Below are positions 1-13,080 of a DNA stretch of 64,000 bases, in pieces; position 1 is the stretch's first letter, and each line of letters begins with the position of its first letter. The stretch is from Eledone cirrhosa. Lineage: Eukaryota. Under the pieces are notes generated by a model. That model did not search any database. It saw nothing but the letters and a program-made list of their open reading frames with translations, and had not been told where the DNA came from. The stretch is taken from contig CAXHJY010000603.1 in the NCBI GenBank assembly GCA_964016885.1, positions 1 to 64,000 of the forward strand, written 5' to 3'. Position numbers and translations under genes: made by a program.

Positions 1-367
1 CACCAACAACAACAACAACACCACACCGCCACCACCAATAACACCACACCACCACACCACCACCACAACCACCAACAACAACACCACCACCACCACAACC
101 ACCACCACCAACAACAACAACACCACACCACCACACCACCACCACAACCACCACCACCACCACCAACAACAACAACACCACACCACCACACCACCACCAC
201 AACCACCACCGCCACCACCAATAACACCACACCACCACCACCACAACCACCACCACCACCAACAACACCACCACCACCACCACAACCACCACCACCAACA
301 ACAACACCACACCACACCACCAACAACACCACACCACCACACCACCGCCACCACCACCACCACCACC

Positions 368-399
<32 letters not shown>

Positions 400-1348
400 C
401 AACACCACCACCACCACACCACCACCACCACCACACCACCACCACCACCACCACCACACCACCAACAACAACACCACCACACCACCACTACCACAACCAC
501 CACCACCAACAACAACACCACACCACAAATAACACCACACCACCACCACCACCAACAACAACACCACCACACCACCACCACAACACCACCACACCACACC
601 ACCACACCACACCACCACACCACCACCACCACCAACAACAACACCACCACACCACCACCACAACCACCACCACACCACACCACACCACCACACCACCACC
701 ACCACAACACCACCACACCACACCACCACCACCAACAACAACACCACCACACCACCACCAACAACAACAACAACACCACCACACCACCACACCACCACCA
801 CCAACAACAACAACAACAACACCACCACCACACCACCACCACACCACCACCACCACCACCACACCACCACCACACCGCCACCACCACCACACCACCACCA
901 CCACCACAACCACACCACCACCACACCAACACCACCACACCACCACCACCACCACACCACCACCACCACCACCACACCACACCACCACCACACCACACCA
1001 CCACCACCACACCACCACCACCACCACACCACACCACACCACACCACCACACCACACCACACCACCACACCACCACCGCCACACCACCACCAACAACAAC
1101 AACAACACCACACCACCAACAACAACAACAACACCACCACACCACCACCACACCACCACACCACCACCACCACCACCACACCACCACCACCACACCACAC
1201 CACCACCACACCACCACCACCACACCACCACCACCACCACCACCACACCACCACCACCACCACCACACCGCCACCACCACACCACCAACACCACCAACAC
1301 CACCACCAACAACACCAACAACAACAACAACAATAACAACAACAACAA
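1..1348. repeat. Low-complexity (CCA)n/(CAA)n/CACAC compound microsatellite, runs off the left edge
   Basis: Almost only C and A, in CAC/CCA/CAA units. ORF 488..1348 is the V/W/C/G translation of this repeat. Confidence 0.95.
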
Positions 1349-1369
1349 GTGTGTAAAGTATGAAAATAT

Positions 1370-4300
1370 TTATGTCTCATATTGAAAGAAGCCAAAATGT
1401 TCCTCTGTAAAAAAATGTCCAAAAACTGAGATAAACTTGTCAGAGATTTGGAGGCCATTAACGCAGTAAACTCCAGAATCTTCTCTACTGAGAATTACTT
1501 GGAGGTTACTGTCTACAGATACTTGGTAGATATTGGTAGGGTCTATATAGTCTGGTGGTCGTGATATATAAATATTTTCACCATGTGTTGTGAGATATGG
1601 TCTGTTATATATATTATATGGTAGTAGTGGTAGTAGTGGTGGTAGTAGTTGTGGTGTTTCTAATGTCCTGACTAACTGTTCTTCTCTGTACCAACAGATA
1701 GAACTGTACCTCATCCCACTCCACCTCCTCTCCTCTGACTTGACAACAACAATGTCTTCACTTGATGTGACACCAACTGCTAACACTCTCTCCTCCACCA
1801 CTACCTCCTCCTCTAACCTGTGTACCTCCTCCCTTAACCTGTCATCCTCCTTCCTTAACCTGTCTACCTCCTCCTCTAACCTGTCTACCTCCCTTAACCT
1901 GTCATGGACCTACTTCATCTTCTCATTGTCTTTCCTCAACCTCATCAACTCCCCCAGTACCCTCCCCCTCCCCCACCCTCCTCCTCTCCCCCACCACCCT
2001 CTCCAACTCCGCCACCTTCTCCTCGTCTCTAACAGACACTTCAACACTGTATTTCACTGTTCCACTGTAGATACAAACTATATCTAGATAAGGAGAGTCC
2101 CCAGGGTCATATTTAAACATATCACCACCACCACCACCATATACCTTACTGTTATATATAAACATATGACCATCACCATCAAAACTGCACACAAGTTGGT
2201 AGCCATTCTTTTTATAGATACAGTTGTAATATTTCTCAAGTTTCACCTTTTTAATGTGAGAAATATCTTCTCTGTAAATCACCATTTTATGATAGTAAAG
2301 GAGAATAAAACAATTATCTGACCATCTGCAAATGTCTATTGGTGTTTCTGGTAATATTTTGCCATGGATTATTTTACCTTCTGTTGTTGTTACTGTGATA
2401 ATATTCCTCACCATGAACACTGCCACATTGTCATGTAACATAATTAGTTTACTGTAGTTGATGATGTCCCTCCTATATTCCTTAAAATATTCCCCCTCAT
2501 CAACCTGACATCTCTCAGTATATTTAGATATGTCAGAATACATGGGATAGGAAAGATAAGACATGTTCATAACATGTGGTAAAAATCTCACTGACATTTC
2601 ATCATTTCCTGAGATACACTCTGCCTTGTAATTACCACGTCTCACCTCTAGTAAATTGTTAATTATTTCACCTGAAGTAGTAGTAGTACATCTTGCTTGA
2701 GGCAGATGACAATCCAGATGTAATGTCCCATGTTCCAGAACATTCAGTTTGTTGTCATCAATCTTTATCATATGATATTCTGTCAAGTTGATATGTCGAC
2801 AGAAGTAAATATTTTCTTCTATCCTCGATATACGACCATAAGGTAGAGAACTGGACCAAACATGATATTCTGTCAAATCTTCCTTCTCTAGTTGAATTAA
2901 TTGATATTCATCAGGAAGTGTAACCATAATAAAATCTCCTTCTTCTGTAAAACACACCCCACCAACTAAAGTTTCAATATTTCTGTGACATAACAGTTCC
3001 CCATCTCTCTGAAATATTTTAACATTACCATAATTGGTTATTTCATAGACAACTGTTTGTCCATCATCAGTGATGTCCATATCTTTTATTTCAACAGAGC
3101 TTTGGTCTGTTTTTACACGACAAACAGGGAATGTTTCCCTATTAAGTTCATATAAACCTTCAACATATAAACACCTTCTCTCCCAGTCATATCCAACAAA
3201 CCTTGGACCTTTACAGTTAATACTGGTGAAACATATGTCATGTCTATAATGTCTTTTATTTAAAAATATTTCCCTGTATTTACCAGTCTGTGACAAACAA
3301 ACAATCTGGTAATCTCTGTCATCCAAGAAGTTATATAATCTCCACTGTCCATAAATGTACAAATAATTGTCATCTGTTGTTATACAGGTGTTTGGTGGTG
3401 TGGTATCATAATATTGTCTGTGTGAATGTAAATAACCAGTTTTATATCTGAAGAAAGTGATATATCTACCATTGTGAAATATAATCTCATTCTTAACATT
3501 AACTACAATATGGGAGGACCATATCTATAGTCTATGTCATTGATGAACTCAGGTATGTTTATTTCTTTCTTTACATCCACAGTTGAATGTATTTCATCAA
3601 TATCAATGACAAACAATCTATGTCTACCTATATCTCTACCTCTATCTCTATCTCTCTCTACACTACTACACACTAGTTGGTTGTCTAACAAAGAAGCTAT
3701 ACCATAATAGCTATGGTCTGTCTTATAACTTACCAAATACAATGGAAACTCCACTTCTAAAGTTAACAGCTTGTCAGTATCAGTGGTAATGACCAGTGTG
3801 TTTGACCCCCAACGACATATATGTTTAGGGAGATTGTTATTTAATTTGATAAAGTCAACAATTTGACCATCAAATGTTAATATTTTAATGTTGTTGTTAG
3901 TGTAGTCATATAATGCAATCAGGTTATTTTCAGTAACAACAACCAAACACTTCTCCTCCTTACCATAACCACTACCACCACCACCACCCACTGGTCTTGT
4001 GTCTACCAAACAAGGAGGAGGTAACAATTCCTTAGCTTTATCAGAAACTGTCAGATCCTGCAGATATAATGTAGAAGAAAACATTTCACTGACACAGATG
4101 TTTCTAGAAAATACATCTACCATGTCAATAAACATGTTAGACTGTTTCCTTGTCACCCGATCTACCACCACAGAGTTATGCCTATTTATAGCCAACACAC
4201 CATCTTTGTCTATCAGATAATGACAAGTGTTATCAATACATCCACCATATAGATCAGAAAGTGGTTTAAAGTTGGGCTCCGAAATAGGGCTGGGACCACT

Positions 4301-6598
4301 TAAAATACCTCGTTGACCCTTTTTTGATATAGTTTTGTACATAAACATTTTTTTCTTAGCCACCATAAATATACTTAATGTATCATTGTCTATTGCTAAT
4401 GAGTTTATTTGACATGGAATAGGGACCCTAGACATTACTTCACCCTGGTTATGTTTTTGAACAGATACAATGTCTATATAGTTTGGTTTGTTGTCACAAT
4501 AACCAACAATTCTACCCTCACCAAACTTCCGTATCTGTACATAAGGGTGCTTTAATGATATCATTCTAACTGTTTTTGATAGGTTTCCAATAAGCCTTAA
4601 TTCTTTCTCTAGGGGTAATGTGACAGCCAATTGACTAGAACCCCATCTACATATATCTGTAGCTACAGATGGCAGATATAATGTAGATAGCACTTTTATT
4701 TCTTCTCCTTCTTTCTTAGAAATGTATAATAAGCAAGAATTATTTATGTCAGACACCACCAACTGTCCGTTGGGTAGATAACATGTTTCAGCAATCGCAA
4801 TTTTATTATCACCCTTTTCTTTGTGTCGTATCGTTGGATTTCTGATATAAGGATTTAACTTTTTTAAATGACAAATGGATGATTCACAGTTGTAAACAAG
4901 AATACTCCCTAGGTTATGGTCAAATAGATATATAGTTCCTTCACAAATACCATTAGAGAAGCGAGAAGCTACCGGAAGTTTTAATTTCCATTTATATTCT
5001 CCATAAATATCATAACATGCCATAATAGAGAGTGTAGGGAAGATAACATACAAGTAAAAAGTGTCTGAGTAGATATGATTGGGACGGCTGTTAAAATCAA
5101 AATATGTTTCGAAAAGTTCTTCTTCACCTAAACTAGAATGAAATATTAATTTACGATATTTCTTATCTAAAATAACAAAATAAGTTGGAGTTGTAGCTAT
5201 ACTGACATCACCATGTTCTAATGATTTTAGTATTTCACGTTCTACCCTGTCTTCCTCAATCTTTAATTTATGGACCTCATTCATTCCACAAGTGGTCAAA
5301 GCCATAAACCTATCTAATACTACATGACATATTTGAATGTAATTCTTATCTAAACAATAGAGATTACCTTCTTTTAGTTCAGGACATGTAATATGTTGTA
5401 TAGTTCTAGTTTTATTGAATAGAACCAGAAATTTGCTGGAGTCTATTCTGCAAAATCTAGATGGTTTGGACTTAAATATTAATTCCTTACCTCTACACAA
5501 TTCTGTCCCACTGTAAGTGTATAGTATAGCTTTCAGATCCCTGTATACAACTAATACAGAAGATCGTGACATAGGTAGAATCTCATATATCTCGTTAGGG
5601 TACTCTATATTAATTTTGTCATTCAGACAGGGTGTTTGGGTCTTTTGATAATAAGACATCTTTGGCCAAAACCTTTTTGTCTTAAAACGATATATCTGAC
5701 CAGAAACATCAGATACAAACATATTATTTAAGTCAAATGTAATATATTGAGTGCTTATCCCAATATCCTTTTGAGAGATGCCACCTATTGAGGAGATCTT
5801 ATAAATAACCTGCCCTTGAAATACATAAAAATAATTCCTGAAAACGGTGATGTCAGCAGGAATGTCCTTAGAATGGAGGTGAAATTGAAATAATTTACGA
5901 CCATTCAGATCATAACAGATTATAACGGTTAAATTATAAAATATTACTAAAACACGATCGTCTGGCCCTATGGCTATACTTCTCGGCTCATGTTTCACCT
6001 CAAATTGCTCAGTATATGTTTTTTCAATCCAATTTACCATATATATTTTTTTTTCTAATAATTTAAAACCTAGGAATCTACTATCTTTATAATATGAAAT
6101 TTTATGAAAGCCGACTTTAAGAGTTTTTATTGCAACACTAGAGGGTGAGAAGAACAGAATTTGATTGTCAAATGGTAATGTGGCAATTACCACATTTTGG
6201 TTAAACCTATCGATATCAGTGACCACTTATTTACAGTGTACCATACGACAACAGCCAGTTGGTGGTGTGTACTTTAGTGTTAATACATGTGGGATATAGC
6301 TCATAGTACCATCCTTTAAGGGTACAATATATTTTAATGGTAGAGAGTAATATTCTACAGGGTCTTCTACAGTAACTTTTACAGTGTCTACTACTGGAGG
6401 AACAGGTGTATATAATATTTGGTATGGTACTGTGATATCTTTCTCAAAGGGGATTTCAGTTAACACTTTTACCTTAGATTTATTTTCCCTAATAGTCTGT
6501 TGTAGTGGAATCACCAAATCCTCCCTGTCATATACTACTTGGGGTAACTGTCTACTTATAATTTGGTCTTCTACACTAACTATTTCTGCAGCCTCCAT
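1370..6598 (-). pseudogene. Disrupted ~1740-codon intron-free reading frame encoding about six tandem NHL/TolB-like beta-propeller units; possibly the terminal exon of a TRIM-NHL-like gene
   Basis: ORFs 6227-6598 and 3503-6226 share a frame and are separated only by TAA (6227-6229). A frameshift at ~3505-3525 leads into HIVVNVKNEIIFHNGRY..., which is continuous with ORF 1923-3362. A second frameshift in the G-run at ~1955-1980 plus TAG (1910-1912) leads into ORF 1370-1801. A blade motif recurs six times, ~210-290 aa apart: TDIDRFNQNVVIATLP, SRFCRIDSSKFLVLF, TDICRWGSSQLAVTLP, KHICRWGSNTLVITT, GGVCFTEEGDFIMVTLP, IDICRWSDNCFILLY. Each is followed by a (Y/F)xxI blade. Fold assignment is by motif recognition only. 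Confidence 0.7.
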
Positions 6599-6999
6599 TG
6601 TTTGTCTCTACTTCTACAACTGGTTATATATATGTATATATATGTGTGTGTGTATATGTGTTATGTGTATGAATGTAATTCCAAACACCTTCACAATTTC
6701 AAAATTTTCAGATAAATTTACCAAATCTAAAATGAAATATAGGAAAAAGAAATATTGATTAGTTTTGTGAAAATATTAGTTTTTCAAATAAATGGATTAA
6801 TAAGAAAACATCATTTTCTCTAAATATATTAAATCCAGCTGTTTATTTGGCAAATATGATCAACAATGAGTATAATCACTAAAAATAAATGTTAACAAAG
6901 AAAAATATGATATTACATGTATTGTATGAAGAAAGTCCTAGTGAGAAAATGTAGTTACACAGAATATAAGTATTGCCAATGAATATATATAAGAAGTAT

Positions 7000-7960
7000 T
7001 GCCAACTTGGAGCACCCCCTGGTGCTCAAGTGGTCACACATGCCATTCAAACAAAGAAGGTGGCTTGGAAATAAGTCCTTCTTGCACTTGCAGGACAAGC
7101 AGTCATGAAAAGTCACAGCAGAGACGACAGTCAGGTGTCTAAAATTAAGACATGGGAAATATTTGGGGTTAAGCTGGAATCCAACTTCAGATCAACAAAT
7201 ATTTATGGGCTCATGCACAGCCAAGTTGGAAGAGGTATCAAGACTGGTGAGTGTAAGATCAGTCGGCTGATTTTGCAGACGTCATCGTACTACTTAACTC
7301 AAGAGAAGGTGATCTCTGACATGCATTTGACAGATTTGATGCCAAGTGCTGCACGGCAGGAATGAAAATCAGTGATGCAAAGACTGAGACACTCATCCTC
7401 TCAAGGAAGCCTGTTTAGTGCACTCCACAAGTGAATGGAGTTACACCGAATGCTTCAGCATTCGGTCATTAGAAGAAAGGAGGTATGTGTGAAAGCTGAA
7501 CTCGATATCTTCAATTTGTTTAGGTGCCAACCCTTAACTATCGTCATGAATCTTGTTTAATGATCGAAAGAATATGATTGCATATACTATTGGCTGAAAT
7601 GGGGTTCCTTTGAAGGGTCTTTGGAGCAATGTTACTCAATAGAATGAGTAACTCGGAGATCAGAGAGTCACTCCAGGTAGAGCTGCTACTTCTCCAAATT
7701 GAGAGATCTCAACTCTGATACTACAGACATGAGGTTAGAATGTCTCAGGAAAGAATTGTTGAAAAGATTTTATGAGCAAAGCCAACCATCAGGAGTACCT
7801 GGGGTAGACCCTGAGCAAGATGGTTGGATAACATCCATGAGCTTGGCTGGTTTCACTTGGGAATTCAGCTGGATCAGTTGGAGACAGTTGCTTCTGACAG
7901 GACCCATTGGAAGGAGTACTTGAGAAATATTCCCCCACTGCCCTCCTCCCAGGAATATAT
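7000..7960 (+). mobile_element. Degenerate RTE-clade LINE, 3' fragment (family D)
   Basis: Broken RT-downstream motifs (..GMKISDAKTETL.., ..EMGFL*RV.., ..LLLQIERSQL..). Homologous to 8180-9355 in the opposite orientation. Confidence 0.75.
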
Positions 7961-8179
7961 CAGCAAAGAAGAATATATATATTATAAACCCCATTTGTAA
8001 GCCAAGGCAGCTAATCAACACAAGTTTAGGTGGTGTGGCTTTGAAATTCTCATGAGTATAAAATATATTTATGAAGTTTTAGTATTTTAATCTTTAAAAT
8101 GTTTTAAGTGTCTTTTAGAATATAGTTTTTGTTACACAACTCCATTACGTAATGCTTTTTTACCATTTCATCTGTTTTC

Positions 8180-9355
8180 TTCTTTGCCAACTTATTCCTG
8201 ATAGGGTCAGGGTGTAGAGTCCTCAAACTCTCCTTCCAGTGGGTCCTGTCAGAAGCAACCATCTCCAACTGATCCAGCTGCATGCCCAAGCACGTCTTGT
8301 TCGGGATCCACCCCTGGGTCTTTTGCTGGTTGTTTTACCCATAACATCTGTCCAGCGATTCTTTCCTGAGACATTCTAACCTCATGCCCAGAGTATTGGT
8401 GCTGTCATCTCTCAATTCAGAGAAGTAGTTGCTCTACCTGCAATGACTGATCTCTAAGCTATGCACTTTATCGAGTAACGTTATTCAAAAGACCCTTCGG
8501 AAGTATCCCATTCTAGCCCCATGCCTATAGTATCGGAGCTGTGATCTCTCAATTCAGAGAAGTAGCAGCTCTACTCGGAGTGACTTTCTGATCTCTGAGC
8601 TACACACTCTATCGAGTAACAATACTACAAAGACGCTTCGCAGGAACCTCATTCACGATTATATTTTTGGGGTCATTATCCAAGATTCATGACCCTAGGT
8701 AAGGGTTGGCATGAATGTCGAATTGAAACAGTGAGTTTGGCTTTTACTCCTTCCTACCTTCTGATTAATGAAGTTGGCATATTACTGTACCAGTCTTTGT
8801 AATTCTTACACTTAATTTAGCCTCCTGCCTACCATCACTCGTGAACATGGCCCCAAGATACTTGAACTTCTCTACCTGCTTCAGTGGAACTCCATTCACA
8901 TGTAGAGTACACTGCACTGGCTTCCATGAGAGGACAAGTGTCTCAGTTTTCACAGTACTGATTTTCATTCCAGCCATGCAGCACTCGGCAACAAACCTAT
9001 CAAGTGCAAGTCAAATATCATCTTCTGTCGAGTTAAATAACACCATGTCATCATCAAATTCCAGCCAAGTGATTTTACAGCCACCAGACACGATACCACT
9101 TCCAACCCAGCTGCGTATATCAATCCTGTTCATGTAAATAACAAACAGGAGAGTTGACAGTATACACCCTTGGTGGAGTCCAACTCCCATATTGAATGGT
9201 TTCTATTTAACACCATTTATCCCAACATAGATACTCAGGCATTGATATAGAGACATCAGGGCAGCAAGAAGTTGACTATCAATCACATACTCCTGTACAG
9301 CCTACCACAGCAGGTGGCCAAGGAACGTAGTCATATGCCTTCTCAAGGTCAACAA
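8180..9355 (-). mobile_element. Degenerate RTE-clade LINE, 5'-truncated (family D)
   Basis: Minus-strand FVDLEKAYD at ~9330-9355, GVGLHQGC.LS, and AGMKISTVKTETLVLSWKPVQCTLHVNGVPLKQVEKFKYLG (ORF 8765-8977). Multiple stops. Confidence 0.85.
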
Positions 9356-9708
9356 AATATATGAGTATATACAGTATATATAATATTGTATGGACCTAAT
9401 AAAATAGTACATTTAACTTACGTATTTTATAATCACTTTCGTCGATTTCATTGGTTTTGTATTAGAAACTGGTAATTGGGAATCTGAAATAATGGAATAT
9501 TATTGATAAAAACATTTTTATTTTTACATAAATGTAAGTAAAGTCTCAAAAATAAGTTTTAAATAATAAAAAAAGAAATTATGAATATAAAACTGATATT
9601 ATCATCATCACCATCATACATGTGTATTTCTGTGCTGGATAGGTTGGATGGATTGTTACAGACCAACCCAATATTTAATAAAAGCTACTGTCTTCTTACA
9701 GACCGAAT

Positions 9709-9748
<40 letters not shown>

Positions 9749-9782
9749 ATGTTATTATTTACTATCTCACACTTTTTAATAA

Positions 9783-9907
9783 TTGTTTCTACTTTAGGAA
9801 CAAGGCCAGCAATTACCCCAGTGCATTACTGGTACTTTATTTTATCGACCACGTAAGGATGAAAGGCAAAGCTAACCCCGATGGGATTTGAACTCAGACC
9901 ATAAAGG
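9783..9907 (-). mobile_element. Meta-domain tRNA-SINE fragment (octopus OR2-like)
   Basis: Minus strand has B-box GAGTTCAAATCC followed by CTTTGCCTTTCATCCTTACGTGGTCGATAAAATAAAGTACCAG. Same family as 53733-53825 and 56200-56370. Confidence 0.75.
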
Positions 9908-9989
9908 AACAGTCAGCAAGGTTAAAATTAACAATAAATATTAACTGAAGAATTTAGTATAACAGTAAGTGTTCATCAAAGCTCCGTCC

Positions 9990-10845
9990 ATAGCCCCCTC
10001 CTGTTTGTTATTCCCCTTCAGGCTATAACTGAGGGGTTTAAGACTGGCTGCCCATGGGAACTTCTATATGCAAATTATCTAACTCTCATAGCTGAATCTA
10101 TGGCTGAACTAGAGAACAAATTCCAAACATGGAAGCATGGCCTAGAATCAAAAGACCTTAAAGATAACTTATCTAAGACTAAAGTTCTGGTACGTAGAAA
10201 GGAAAATAGGGCACAGGTGCCCACAGGGAAATGACCATGCTCAGTGTGTAGGAAAGGAGTAGGTAGAAATTCCATTCTATGCCCCAAATGCAAACTATGG
10301 GTACACAAAGATGTAGTGGGATCACAGGCAAGCTATCTAAGAATGTAGATGGTTCTATAGAGACATGGGCATTGTGTGCAGAGGACATGCCCAGATTGGA
10401 AAGGAACGAAGCATGCATGCTCCGTTGGAAGTGTAATAGTAATATACATGAACAGTAAAACATAAACTAAGTGAGAAATTAGGATTAGAGGAATCAGATG
10501 CTGTTTACTTGAGAGAAGACTACGTTGGTATGGGGATGTGATGCACATGAAAGATGACAGCTGTATAACAAAGTGCAGGGCGATCAAAATTGATAGAAGT
10601 TACGGAGTAGGTAACCCCAGAAAAACCTGGGATGACATGATCTGACCTTGCATATTTAGACCTCTCTAAGACAATGTCACTGGATCGAGATTTTGGCGCC
10701 ACACAGTAATACAGAAGACCCACCTTCCCGATGTCCTATATGAGCAAGACACGGTCACCTGATCAATCTTGCCTCAAGTGGGACAATTACCATCTAACCC
10801 ATGCTAGCATGGAAGATCTACGTTAAATGTTGATGATGATGATGA
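9990..10845 (+). mobile_element. Internally deleted RTE LINE remnant (family C) with (GAT)n tail
   Basis: FKTGCPWELLYA motif, LRWYG, and a 3' tail CCCATGCTAGCATGGAAG...(GAT)n, shared with 31995-33060 and 47760-49190. Confidence 0.85.
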
Positions 10846-11272
10846 TATATGTGTGTATAGGATATATATATGTATGTAGACAATATATGTGTGTCTATAT
10901 ATATGTATAGGATATATATAGTGTATATATAAAATGTATGTATGGTTTATGTGTAAAAAAAATATATATGGTGTGTGTATACGATATATATATATATATA
11001 TGTATGTAGAAAATAGATATGTGTATATGTGGTGTGTATATATATGTATGTGTATGAAATATATGTATATGTATGTATAGGAGTTTATATATATATATAT
11101 GTATGCATATAAAATATATGTATGTGTGTATGAGATATATATATATATATATGTGTATGTACAAGATTTGTATAATATATATGTATGTTTAGTGTGTATG
11201 TGTGTATAAGATATATATATATGTGTATATATATATATACATATATATGTATGTGTGTGTATATATATATAC
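10846..11272. repeat. (TA/TG)n low-complexity tract
   Basis: Mixed AT/GT dinucleotide runs. Confidence 0.9.
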
Positions 11273-11468
11273 ACCCAAGTTAACCAGGAATCTATAAAAT
11301 TCTTCCCACCGAAGTTAACAAAGAACCAACTCATATTATTATAATATTATAAAATTAAATCAAATATTTTTTAACACTACATGTGAAGTAATTCTTTTCC
11401 TTTTCTTCAAATAAACCTAACAGTACCAAGGATCTCACACATGTTCCAATATATATATATATATATAT

Positions 11469-12697
11469 CTGTCATCTGGTGGTCCCTAAGGAAGCTAGGT
11501 GTTGAGGAATGGCTTGTGAGGACAGTGCAAACTTTGTACAGAGGTACTCTCAGTAAAGTCAGGGTAGGAATGGAGTTTAGTGAGGAATTCCAGATACAAG
11601 TAGGAGTACATCAGGGTTCGGTCCTCAGCCCGCTCTTGTTCATTATAGTCCTCCAAACCATAACAGAGGAGTTTAAGACTGGCTGTCCATGGGAACTTCT
11701 CTATGCTGACGATCTGGTTCTTATAGCAGAATCTGTAGAGGAGCTAGCGAATAAATTCTGGCTATGGAAACAGCAGTTGGAAGCAAGAGGACTGAGAGTA
11801 AATCTAGCTAAGACAAAAGTGTTGATGAGTAGAAAAGAGGACAAAACCCTGATTCCGTCAGGGAAATGGCCATGTTCGATATGCAGAAAAGGAACTGGCA
11901 TACATTCTATAAAATGCACACAATGCAGGTCCTGGGTACACAAGAGATGTAGCGGGATAGCAGGCAAACTAACAGGTAGGGAGAACTATGTATGCAATAG
12001 ATGTACAGGGAAATTAGACAGTAGAAGTCGCACTGATAGACACATTTTTCAAATGCGAGAGGGCGCTATAGAAGTGGTGGATAGCTTCCGGTACCTAGGA
12101 GATCAGATTAGCATGGGAGGAGGGTGTTCTGAGGCCATAGTATCTAGAATAAGGATGGGTTGGAAGAAGTTTAGGGAACTGCTTCCTCTGTTGACGAAGA
12201 AGGGTTTCTCCCTGCGTACGAAAGGCCGGTTGTATGATGCCTGTGTGAGGAGCGCGATGCTGCATGGTAGTGAGACATGGGCAGCAACCGCAGAGGATAT
12301 GCGATGGCTGGAGAGAAATGAGGCAAGCATGCTCCGTTGGATGTGCAGTGTAAATGTGCGTGAACGACCCAGTATAAATGTGTTGAGAGAGAAACTGTGT
12401 CTGAGATGGATAGAATGTAGTGTACGGGAGAGGAGACTGAGGTGGTATGGACATGTGATGCGCATGGAGGATGACCGATAGGTGAAGAAGTGCCAGGAAA
12501 TGCCAGTTGAAGGAAGACGTGGTAGAGGTAGACCACGAAAAACATGGGCGGAGGTGGTGAGAACAGACCTCAGATCATTGAAGCTCACGGTAGAGATGAC
12601 GAGGGACCGTGATGAGTGGAGAGATGCTGTGCTGAATAAGACCCGTCCCACCCTTGCAAGCAGGGAAAAGCGGACGTAAAATGATGATGATGATGAT
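11469..12697 (+). mobile_element. 5'-truncated RTE LINE (family B): RT core, PHD-like finger, C-terminus and (GAT)n tail
   Basis: GVHQGSVLSPLLF, LLYADDL, WPCSIC...C..C..WVHKRC...C..C. Premature TAG at 12479-12481, which is TGG in the copies at 29.9 and 55.6 kb. Ends CCCACCCTTGCAAGCAGGGAAAAGCGGACGTAAAA(TGA)n. Starts directly after (TA)n. Confidence 0.93.
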
Positions 12698-12699
12698 AT

Positions 12700-13080
12700 A
12701 TACAGTCCACGCTGTAATGTAGTCATGTAGGTAACACGGTAAAAAGTTCCCAGTTCCACACTGTAAATGTGGTTGGTCTTAGGAAGGGCATCCAGCCATA
12801 GAAAACCTGCCAGATAGTCCTATATGAGCGAGACATGGTCACCAGATCAACCTTCCCTCAAGTGGGACAACTCCTGTCTAACCCATGCTAGCGTGGAAAA
12901 TGGACGTTAAACGAAGATGATGAGGATGAGGATATATATACATACAGCACTCACTGTAAATGAGGTTGGTGTTAGGAAGGGTATCCAGCTGTAGAAATCA
13001 AGCCAAAATCAGTTACTGTCCCACCCTTGCAAGCAGGGAAAAAGCGGACGTAAAATGAAATGATGATGATGATGATGATG
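12700..13080 (+). mobile_element. Two stacked 3'-tail fragments (RTE-C tail, then CORE-SINE/RTE tail)
   Basis: Both contain GGTTGGT.TTAGGAAGGGCATCCAGC and end in (GAT)n. They match the tails at 32800-33060 and 34525-34645. Confidence 0.8.

Noticed and set aside
488-1348. 286-aa V/W/C/G ORF
   Set aside because: Translation of the CAC/CAA repeat; starts at TTG in a eukaryote.
1590-2087. Plus-strand Ser-rich ORF, and the many antisense ORFs over RTE copies
   Set aside because: Shadow frames of the opposite-strand coding sequence.
3503-3519. 17-nt GT..AG 'intron' that would repair the frameshift, and a 67-nt GT..AG at 1910-1976 that would remove both distal lesions
   Set aside because: The first is too short for the spliceosome; the second is purine-rich with no polypyrimidine tract. 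Only RNA-seq could rescue them.
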